From Nitrospirota bacterium (GTDB lineage Bacteria > Nitrospirota > Thermodesulfovibrionia > Thermodesulfovibrionales > JdFR-88), in the NCBI GenBank assembly GCA_021789935.1, contig JAJYIR010000013.1, positions 1,651 through 65,650 of the forward strand: DNA of 64,000 bases, read 5' to 3'. The notes under the pieces were generated by a model. That model ran no database searches and was not told where the DNA came from. It saw only the letters and a list, made by a program, of their open reading frames with translations. Made by a program: the position numbers and the translations under genes. How positions within the stretch are numbered: the first letter of the stretch is position 1; each line of letters starts with the position of its first letter. Positions 1 through 6,117 of the stretch are shown piece after piece.

Positions 1-70
1 CGGACCATGTCCGCCTCCCCCGGAACGCCGCTGAAACGGTTTTCCGCGGGGTCGGGAACGAGCAGGACAT
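1..70 (-). CDS. possible 5' end of a gene running off the left edge (MSCSFPTPRKTV...)
   Basis: ATG at 70-68 on the minus strand, with a GGAAGGAGG Shine-Dalgarno about 10 nt upstream. The frame stays open to position 1. Only 23 codons are visible, so the product is unknown. Confidence 0.3.
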   Translation of the reverse strand, partial: MSCSFPTPRKTVSAAFRGRRTWS

Positions 71-212
71 TCTTTTCCTACCTCCTTCCGCCATACCATG
101 TAAAACTTCCAAAAAAACTTTGCCTTGTGCAGGATGGCGCAAATGCAGTAAAATGTGTGCTCAATCGCATTTTTTTTAAAACAAAAGCCGCGGCGGGAGG
201 TTTCTTAAACGC

Positions 213-677
213 ATGAGACAATTTGAGGGAGAGCTCAATGCTGAGGGACTTAAGTTCGGGCTCATTGTTGCCCGTTTCAATGATTTCATTACGGGAAAGC
301 TCCTGGAGGGTGCAAAAGACGCCCTTTTGAGGCACGGGGCGGCCGATTCAGATATAGACGTTGTGCGCGTGCCGGGGGCATTCGAGATCCCGCTTGTGGC
401 AAAGAAGGCCGCTAAAAACGGGGGCTATGATGCCGTTATCTGCCTTGGCGCTGTAATCAGAGGGGCAACCCCGCATTTTGACTATGTTGCGGCCGAGGTT
501 TCCAAGGGAGTGGCGCAGGCTTCGCTTGAAACCGGGGTGCCGATTGCCTTCGGCGTCATTACATCGGACAGCATAGAGCAGGCAATAGAACGGGCAGGGA
601 CGAAAAGCGGCAATAAGGGATGGGATGCGGCCCTGACGGCCATAGAGATGGCAAGACTCCTTAAAAAACTCCCCTAG
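213..677 (+). CDS. ribH: 6,7-dimethyl-8-ribityllumazine synthase
   Basis: 154-aa ORF with lumazine synthase hallmarks ([37 protein letters not shown]). It sits directly upstream of nusB, as in the conserved ribH-nusB pair. Confidence 0.96.
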   Translation: MRQFEGELNAEGLKFGLIVARFNDFITGKLLEGAKDALLRHGAADSDIDVVRVPGAFEIPLVAKKAAKNGGYDAVICLGAVIRGATPHFDYVAAEVSKGVAQASLETGVPIAFGVITSDSIEQAIERAGTKSGNKGWDAALTAIEMARLLKKLP

Positions 678-783
678 GTTTCCCATTTATTTTGATTTTT
701 CGTTGTTTGTTTTTTTGTTTTTGGGCGGTTTCCTGCGGTCGGAAACCGGCGCGCCCATACGGAAGGCCCCCCGATGTCCAAAT

Positions 784-860
784 TGAAAGGCCAGTTTCTT
801 AATGAAAGCCCGGATTCCTGGATGAAAGGCCGGATTTTGATTTTTGGATGAAAGGATTAT
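784..860 (+). repeat. four tandem copies of a TGAAAGGCCGGATT-like unit in the ribH-nusB spacer
   Basis: Read directly: TGAAAGGCCAGTTT (784), TGAAAGCCCGGATT (803), TGAAAGGCCGGATT (822), TGAAAGGATTAT (848). Periods are 19, 19 and 26 nt. The tract holds five GGA triplets. Confidence 0.7.
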
Positions 861-892
861 ATGCTCAATAAAAGATTGCGAAAAATAGGATT

Positions 893-1315
893 ATGAAACG
901 AAGGAAGGCCAGAGAATATGCCCTCCAGATGCTGTTTCAGCTGGATTTCAATTCTGAAAGGCCGGGCGAGAGTTTTTATGCCTCTTTCTGGCATCCACTG
1001 GATGAACCGGACGATGTGAGGGCCTTTGCCGAGCGCATAGTCGAGGGAACGGCAGACCACCAGGAGGAGATAGACTCCATCATCCGGAGGCATGCCGAAA
1101 ACTGGGTGCTTGAGCGCATGGCCCTGGTGGACAGGAACATCATACGGGCCGCGGCCTATGAACTGCTCTTCGAAAAAGGGACCCCGCCCGCCGTCGTTAT
1201 AAACGAAGCCCTTGAAATTGCCAAGAAATTCTCGATGAAAGAATCCTCGGCCTTCATAAACGGCATTTTGGACAAAATAGCCAAATCTGAAAGAAAAACC
1301 GGCAGCGCAAATTAA
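893..1315 (+). CDS. nusB: transcription antitermination factor NusB
   Basis: 140 aa. The RRKAREYALQMLFQLDF N-terminus and the AFINGILDKI C-terminal helix are typical of NusB. It follows ribH. Confidence 0.95.
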   Translation: MKRRKAREYALQMLFQLDFNSERPGESFYASFWHPLDEPDDVRAFAERIVEGTADHQEEIDSIIRRHAENWVLERMALVDRNIIRAAAYELLFEKGTPPAVVINEALEIAKKFSMKESSAFINGILDKIAKSERKTGSAN

Positions 1316-1430
1316 TTCCTGCTAAAATCCCTTCCGTACGGTCTTAAGCCGCAAGCGATACGAGATGTCTTCGTCCCTATGGTTATCGCCCTGTATAGTT
1401 ATCGTACGCCAGGTGGACTAAGATATAGTT

Positions 1431-2177
1431 ATGGATTATGCCGTGATCTCGGATGTCCATGGGAATCTTGAGGCGCTGAACGCGGTCCTCGCCGATATCT
1501 TCTCAAGGGAAGCGCAGGCTGCGGGCGGGAAGCGGACCATGCTGTTTCTGGGGGATGCTGTCGGCTATGGCCCCAACCCCAACGAATGTGTTGACGCAAT
1601 AAAAAAACATGCTTCGCAGGGCGTTGCCGGAAACCATGACTGGGCAGTGCTTGGGCTGACCGGCACAGGTTCTTTTAACCCCTACGCCAAAGAGGCCATT
1701 ACCTGGACCGGCAGCATCCTCTCGCCTGAAACCCGGGCCTCTATTGAAGGCCTTCCGCTTGTAAAACGGGTGGAGGAAGATGGGTTGTTCCTGGTCCACG
1801 GGAGCCCACTCGAGCCTGAAAAGTGGCATTACCTTCTTTCTTTTTCCCAGGCAAAGGTGAATTTCGAGCATTTCAAGGAAAAAATTTGTCTTATCGGCCA
1901 TAGTCATCTGCCTTTCATCATGGAACGCTCACCCTCCGGAGAGATAACGGCTTACAAGGACGGAGCGGAACTGGACAAGGCCGGATGCCGGTACATCATA
2001 AACGCCGGCAGCGTTGGGCAGCCAAGGGATGGCGACCCCAGGGCCTGTTATCTTCTTTTAAGCGGAATGAGGGCGGAATTCGTGCGCGTCCCATACGATA
2101 TAGGCGCCACGCAACAGAAGATGAGGGCGGCAGGGCTGCCCCTGCCGCTCATTGAACGGCTCCAAAAAGGACTGTAA
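1431..2177 (+). CDS. calcineurin-like metallophosphoesterase (YfcE/MJ0936-type)
   Basis: Ordered motif series DVHGN, GDAVGYGP, GNHD, GHSH, GSVGQPRD. Confidence 0.85.
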   Translation: MDYAVISDVHGNLEALNAVLADIFSREAQAAGGKRTMLFLGDAVGYGPNPNECVDAIKKHASQGVAGNHDWAVLGLTGTGSFNPYAKEAITWTGSILSPETRASIEGLPLVKRVEEDGLFLVHGSPLEPEKWHYLLSFSQAKVNFEHFKEKICLIGHSHLPFIMERSPSGEITAYKDGAELDKAGCRYIINAGSVGQPRDGDPRACYLLLSGMRAEFVRVPYDIGATQQKMRAAGLPLPLIERLQKGL

Positions 2178-2209
2178 CGAGTTGGGAACGGCTCCAAAAA
2201 GGACTGTAA
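2154..2209 (+). repeat. exact 24-bp direct repeat duplicating the 3' end of the phosphoesterase gene
   Basis: GAACGGCTCCAAAAAGGACTGTAA occurs at 2154-2177 (the last 7 codons plus stop) and again at 2186-2209. Confidence 0.9.
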
Positions 2210-2286
2210 AAACAAGTGGGGGGAGACCCCAAAAAGCACTGATGAGGGGGCCGGAGAAGGCCCCCAGACGATGAGAAGGGGTGAGG

Positions 2287-2415
2287 TCAGTGCGCCCCGT
2301 GAATAAGCATGGGGAGGCACCTGGTGCAGACCAGTTTTTCCTGCCCCTCATGCACGCAGTGCAGGTACACCCTGTCCGTTTCCTCCGCGCCGCAGACAAA
2401 ACATTTAACCTTCAT
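2287..2415 (-). CDS. unlisted 42-aa zinc-ribbon-like micro-protein (MKVKCFVCGAEETDRVYLHCVHEGQEKLVCTRCLPMLIHGAH)
   Basis: ATG at 2415 lies 6-7 nt after a GGAGG and overlaps the upstream DUF1858 stop by 11 nt, which suggests translational coupling. It has a CxxC...CxxC arrangement and is below the ORF-track length cut-off. Confidence 0.5.
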   Translation of the reverse strand: MKVKCFVCGAEETDRVYLHCVHEGQEKLVCTRCLPMLIHGAH

Positions 2416-2632
2416 TTTTACCCTCCTCATTTAACGCGTTTAGCTCGTTTATGATCTTGCCAGTGTCCATATTGTGCATAGTTGCGCCGAAGGCCAGCGT
2501 TTCCACCTTCATGCCGGGGCACGTGAAGCACCCGTTGCCGAAATATTTTTCTATTATCTTCCTGGCCTCCGGGCTCCGGTTTATTACCTCGCCTATGACG
2601 GAGTCTTTGGTTACCTTGCTTACGGTTGTCAT
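2405..2632 (-). CDS. DUF1858-type small redox protein (hybrid-cluster-protein-associated disulfide protein family)
   Basis: 75 aa. The pattern IGEVI...P...IIEKYFGNGCFTCPG...ETL...A..H matches the DUF1858 family. A GGAGGG Shine-Dalgarno is present. Confidence 0.8.
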   Translation of the reverse strand: MTTVSKVTKDSVIGEVINRSPEARKIIEKYFGNGCFTCPGMKVETLAFGATMHNMDTGKIINELNALNEEGKNEG

Positions 2633-2707
2633 TTAAAGTGCCCTCCTTCTGTTTCCGGGGGATGAAATATCCTGTTTTTATAATAACCTGCATTTTGCAG
2701 CCGGACA

Positions 2708-2721
2708 ATGATCAATATCAT
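2708..2721. promoter_or_regulatory. Crp/Fnr-family box ATGAT-N4-ATCAT
   Basis: Perfect inverted repeat with the FNR core TGAT-N4-ATCA. Its centre (2714.5) lies 41.5 bp from the TSS predicted from a minus-strand TATTAT -10 (2685-2680), upstream of the DUF1858 gene. Confidence 0.55.
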
Positions 2722-2794
2722 ACCGGGAGCAATATCATGCCGGATTACGGGAAGAGATGTTTTTTATTTTTTGCCCATCGGCCTTGCTTCCCTT

Positions 2795-2808
2795 ATGACG
2801 GAGGTCAT
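2795..2808. promoter_or_regulatory. Crp/Fnr-family box ATGAC-N4-GTCAT
   Basis: Perfect inverted repeat. Its centre (2801.5) lies 41.5 bp from the TSS predicted from the plus-strand TAAAAT -10 at 2831-2836, upstream of the 2877 gene. Confidence 0.55.
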
Positions 2809-2876
2809 GACAGGCTTCCGTCACGTCAGGTAAAATCATAAGCAGACAAAAAATCAACGGAAGGGGGGAAATTCTT

Positions 2877-3287
2877 TTGGACAGGTTCGTCAAGAGTTTT
2901 ATCTTCATGAGCATCTTTTACCTCATGACCTCATCGGTCATCGGCGTGGCAATGCTTTCAAATGACAAATACCTTCCGCTTAAGTTCGTTCATTCGCACC
3001 TTATGCTGCTGGGATGGGTCTCGATGATGATCTACGGCGTGGGCTACCATATCCTGCCCCGGTTTGCCGGGCGGGTGCTGAAAAGCAGGACCGTGGCCAT
3101 TTTACAGTTCTGGACCGCAAACGCGGGCCTTCTTGGTATGCTGGGTTTTTATCTTGCCGCATATTATAATCCCCGGGAGCGCGTCTACAGGCAGGCGTCG
3201 GCTGCTTTCGGCGGGCTGGAGGTCTTCTCGATAGCCCTGTTTGTATATAACATGGTTTCAACCCTTTACACGAAGGCCCCGGAATAG
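2877..3287 (+). CDS. small four-helix membrane protein with His-rich helices (heme-copper-oxidase-subunit-I-like fragment family)
   Basis: TTG start 8 nt after AAGGGGGG. There are four hydrophobic helices, and HSHLMLLGWVSMMIYGVGYHILPRF resembles oxidase subunit I helices. Confidence 0.7.
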   Translation: MDRFVKSFIFMSIFYLMTSSVIGVAMLSNDKYLPLKFVHSHLMLLGWVSMMIYGVGYHILPRFAGRVLKSRTVAILQFWTANAGLLGMLGFYLAAYYNPRERVYRQASAAFGGLEVFSIALFVYNMVSTLYTKAPE

Positions 3288-3290
3288 TGA

Positions 3291-4049
3291 ATGCCCGAAC
3301 TTGACACCCAGTGCGGTCTGCCCTTTGAGCTCGATGAGCGGGGGCTCCAGGAGCAGATATGCCTTCTCACGGGCAAACCTGTTTCGCTTTCGATTACCTC
3401 CAACCGCGTCAGCGTTTTATCTGTCAGGTATTTATCCGGCCGGCGGGACGCCGAGGGCCTGAATCTGCGCCTCCACAGGATATTTCTTAAGGCGGGCCCG
3501 GACGTCATCCTGGAAATAGCCCGGTTCATAAAAAACGGGAAAAAAGGCTCGCGGTTTCCTCTTCTTACCCAATACATAAAGGCAAACGAAGCGGAACTGA
3601 AAAAAACAGGTAAGAGGCGGGAGGGCAGGTTAAAGACCCTGGGAAGGTTCCACGATCTTCTCGAAATATACGGTTCCCTCAACACGGAATATTTCGAGGG
3701 CAGGGTTGCCTGCGCCATAACATGGGGGAAAAGACCCCCTCCTTTTCGAATCGTGAGTGGAAAACCCGGGGCGGTAAGGAAGCGCACCCTGGGCAGCTTC
3801 AGCTGCGACGGTATGGGCCCGGGGCGGGGTCTCATACGCATAAATCCGGTCCTGGACAAAAAAAATGTCCCTTCCTATTATGTCCGGTTTGTCGTCTACC
3901 ACGAGATGCTGCACGCGGACATTGGTGCCTGCCAAAAAAACGGAAGACGGTGCATGCACCACGCCCCCTTCAAACAAAGAGAGAGGCTTTTCAGGGATTT
4001 TGACAGGGCCACGGCTTATGAAAAAGACGGGAAAAAGCAAAAAGAATAA
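3291..4049 (+). CDS. HExxH zinc-metallopeptidase-like protein (SprT/DUF45-like)
   Basis: 252 aa. VVYHEMLHADIG followed by HHAPF..RE fits SprT/DUF45-type metallopeptidases. It starts 4 nt after the preceding gene. Confidence 0.65.
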   Translation: MPELDTQCGLPFELDERGLQEQICLLTGKPVSLSITSNRVSVLSVRYLSGRRDAEGLNLRLHRIFLKAGPDVILEIARFIKNGKKGSRFPLLTQYIKANEAELKKTGKRREGRLKTLGRFHDLLEIYGSLNTEYFEGRVACAITWGKRPPPFRIVSGKPGAVRKRTLGSFSCDGMGPGRGLIRINPVLDKKNVPSYYVRFVVYHEMLHADIGACQKNGRRCMHHAPFKQRERLFRDFDRATAYEKDGKKQKE

Positions 4050-4054
4050 GATTT

Positions 4055-4726
4055 TCAGAGAGAAGTTTTTTCTTTCAGGCGTTCCACGTCTTTTATAAGT
4101 ATGGAGCCGCCTTTTTCTTCGAGGATGCCTTCTTTTTTCAGGGCGCTCATCGTCCTTATTGAGGTCTCAACGGTCGTGCCGACCATATCGGCAATCTCCT
4201 GCTTCGTCAGCCTGGTGTCCAATAGCAGGCCTTGCGGAGTGTCTTTTCCCGACTTCCCGAGCTTTAAAAGCAGCGATGCGATCCGGGCCATCACCTTTTC
4301 AAGCGCGATCTCCTTCCTGCTTTCGTGTGAATTCTGAAGCCTTAAGCCAAGGTTCTGGAAAATAGCCATGGTAACGGCCGGGAACCTCTTCAGTATCGCC
4401 ATCAGGTCCTCCCTGGATACCTTCAGCAGGGCGCAATCCTCCATGGCTATGGCGTTGGCCGGATATGGCAGGTCCCTCACAACGGCAACCCCCCCGAATA
4501 TGTCATTTGGCCCTATTACCTCCAGTATGATCTCCTTGCCTTCCTGCGAAAGCTTGGTTATCTTTACCTTGCCTTCAAGCACTACATAGAACCACAACGG
4601 AGGGTCGCCTTCGGAAAATATAGTTTCCCTTTTTTTGCGCCGTTCCCTGATGAAAAACGCCTCAACGGACAGGGCATCCTCGCGCGATAAGGAGCTGAAT
4701 ATGGCCATTTTTTCCAATTTGAGCAT
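4055..4726 (-). CDS. Crp/Fnr family transcriptional regulator
   Basis: N-terminal cNMP-binding beta-roll (GDPPLWFYVVLEGKVKITK...GPNDIFG) and a C-terminal HTH (TKQEIADMVGTTVETSIRTMSALKKEG). Confidence 0.92.
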   Translation of the reverse strand: MLKLEKMAIFSSLSREDALSVEAFFIRERRKKRETIFSEGDPPLWFYVVLEGKVKITKLSQEGKEIILEVIGPNDIFGGVAVVRDLPYPANAIAMEDCALLKVSREDLMAILKRFPAVTMAIFQNLGLRLQNSHESRKEIALEKVMARIASLLLKLGKSGKDTPQGLLLDTRLTKQEIADMVGTTVETSIRTMSALKKEGILEEKGGSILIKDVERLKEKTSL

Positions 4727-4797
4727 GCCTTAATAGGATAATAAAAAACCCAGGCTCCAAACAAGCTTTTATAATTACCGGTTAGTTTCGATTTTCC

Positions 4798-4826
4798 TTG
4801 ACAATTATATTTCTATTTTGTAATAT
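4798..4826 (+). promoter_or_regulatory. consensus sigma70-type promoter TTGACA-N17-TAATAT (P1)
   Basis: TTGACA at 4798-4803, a 17-nt AT-rich spacer, and TAATAT at 4821-4826. Confidence 0.6.
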
Positions 4827-4832
4827 GAATGC

Positions 4833-4901
4833 AAGATTTCAGAGTTTCCCATCCCCTCTGGGCCCTTCTACCTCCCACAGGAAGGGCCCTTCCTCTTTTT
4901 C
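4833..4901 (+). ncRNA. candidate ~70-nt small RNA between P1 and an intrinsic terminator
   Basis: The predicted TSS is about 4833. The transcript would end at the hairpin GGGCCCTTC/GAAGGGCCC plus a T-tract. I see no credible ORF or Shine-Dalgarno inside. Confidence 0.35.
4860..4901 (+). terminator. rho-independent terminator
   Basis: 9-bp GC-rich stem (4860-4868 / 4881-4889), a 12-nt loop, then TTCCTCTTTTTC. Confidence 0.6.
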
Positions 4902-4906
4902 ATCTG

Positions 4907-4935
4907 TTGACAAAATGCGCTGCGGGGCCTAATAT
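4907..4935 (+). promoter_or_regulatory. second consensus promoter TTGACA-N17-TAATAT (P2), placing the TSS at the tlpA-like start codon
   Basis: TTGACA at 4907-4912 and TAATAT at 4930-4935. The ATG at 4941 begins 6 nt after the -10 element and has no Shine-Dalgarno. Confidence 0.55.
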
Positions 4936-4940
4936 TAACC

Positions 4941-5477
4941 ATGTTAATGGTTTATAAACAATTGAACTCCTTTTTTCTCAAATTTTCCCTGGCGGTTTTC
5001 CTGGGGTCTTTTCTGTTTTTTTGGGGCCCTGCGGGTTTTCTGACGGTTTCGTCAGCCGCGCAAAAGGCCGCGGATTTCAGCCTTAAAGGTATTGACGGCA
5101 AGACTTACACGCTTTCTGCTTACAAGGGGAAGGTCGTGCTTCTTAATTTCTGGGCAACGTGGTGCCCCGCCTGTGTTGAGGAACTCCCTTCGCTCAAGAA
5201 ACTGTCGGCAGAATTCAAGGGGCAGGACTTCCAGATCCTGGCTGTTTCACTTGATTCGGGGGAGGGACCCATAAAGGATTTCCTGGCGCATGAGCCTTTG
5301 CCTTTTCCTGTGCTTGAAGACCCTGGAAGAAAGGTTGCTTTTGATCTTTATGCTGTTTTTGGGATCCCGGCGTCTTTCCTGATAGATAAACAGGGTGGGC
5401 TTGAAGGAAGATATTACGGCTCGCGGGATTGGACCTCGCCCGATATGGTCCAAAAAATCAAAGCGCTTTTGAAATGA
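4941..5477 (+). CDS. TlpA/ResA-family thiol:disulfide oxidoreductase (membrane-anchored thioredoxin-like)
   Basis: N-terminal signal anchor and the WATWCPAC active site in a thioredoxin fold. Confidence 0.9.
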   Translation: MLMVYKQLNSFFLKFSLAVFLGSFLFFWGPAGFLTVSSAAQKAADFSLKGIDGKTYTLSAYKGKVVLLNFWATWCPACVEELPSLKKLSAEFKGQDFQILAVSLDSGEGPIKDFLAHEPLPFPVLEDPGRKVAFDLYAVFGIPASFLIDKQGGLEGRYYGSRDWTSPDMVQKIKALLK

Positions 5478-5633
5478 ATGGGACTTCTGGTTTGAATGAA
5501 CGGGGTGTATTCCCCACGGTTTTTTAAAACTGGCGGATATAAAAATAAAAAACAAATAAAAACAAATTTTCTTGTATTATCTTTTTTAATTTAAAACCTG
5601 CTGTCTTTGCAGGGGAAGCTCGGGGGGTCTTGA

Positions 5634-5984
5634 ATGAAGAGACGGTTTTTTTTCCCGGTCATTGTGGTTCTTGCTGCTATTTTTGCCTTTGGATGCAGTA
5701 CCAACCGGTTTCTGATCTATAAACACGGAAAGGCCTATTATTTCGCCAGCAGGCAGGAAGGCCTTCACCACATGCTATGCGACAGCGGGGACTTTAAAAA
5801 GGTGCTTGCCGGCTCAACAGTCCCCCAAGGCACTAAAGACGCCCTGTACCGCTATAATTGCATTCAGCCGGACTGCAACAAGGTGCAGGCCCTGTATGTC
5901 TCTCTTACCCCGGACCAGCGCAGGAGCATAAGAGAGGCGTTCGAGAAGCAGGGGTATGAGATAAATTACTTCCCCTGCGGCTGA
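5634..5984 (+). CDS. lipoprotein of unknown function
   Basis: Signal peptide ending in the lipobox AFGC. Six further Cys residues. No family recognised. Confidence 0.6.
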   Translation: MKRRFFFPVIVVLAAIFAFGCSTNRFLIYKHGKAYYFASRQEGLHHMLCDSGDFKKVLAGSTVPQGTKDALYRYNCIQPDCNKVQALYVSLTPDQRRSIREAFEKQGYEINYFPCG

Positions 5985-6117
5985 GACTAAAAATTCCGCG
6001 CCCGGTCGGGCGCAAAAAAACAAAAAAACAAAAAACTCCTGGCCGAGGCCCCGCTGCAATGCGGGCAAACCCTCAAAAACAAAATCAAAAAGCCCGGTTT
6101 GGGTTAGAATTAATTAA

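Noticed and set aside
7-335. Track ORFs 7-216(+) and 78-335(-) at the left edge.
   Set aside because: Both overlap the ribH promoter or coding region, lack ribosome-binding sites and resemble no family. Only the short minus-strand start at 70-68 has a good Shine-Dalgarno.
862-874. A BoxA-like TGCTCAATAAAAG just upstream of nusB, which would suggest Nus-factor autoregulation.
   Set aside because: Only about 8 of 12 positions match the GCTCTTTAACAA consensus, and the central TTT is not conserved. This is too weak without comparative support.
4825-4932. A 35-codon ORF (MNARFQSFPSPLG...) spanning the candidate sRNA.
   Set aside because: Its ATG lies inside the -10 hexamer of P1, it has no Shine-Dalgarno, and it reads through a terminator hairpin.
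5996-6040. The hairpin GCGCCCG-GTC-GGGCGC after the lipoprotein gene as a terminator.
   Set aside because: It is followed by an A-tract rather than a T-tract on the plus strand, and no minus-strand gene needs it. It may still pause transcription, but it is not a canonical terminator.
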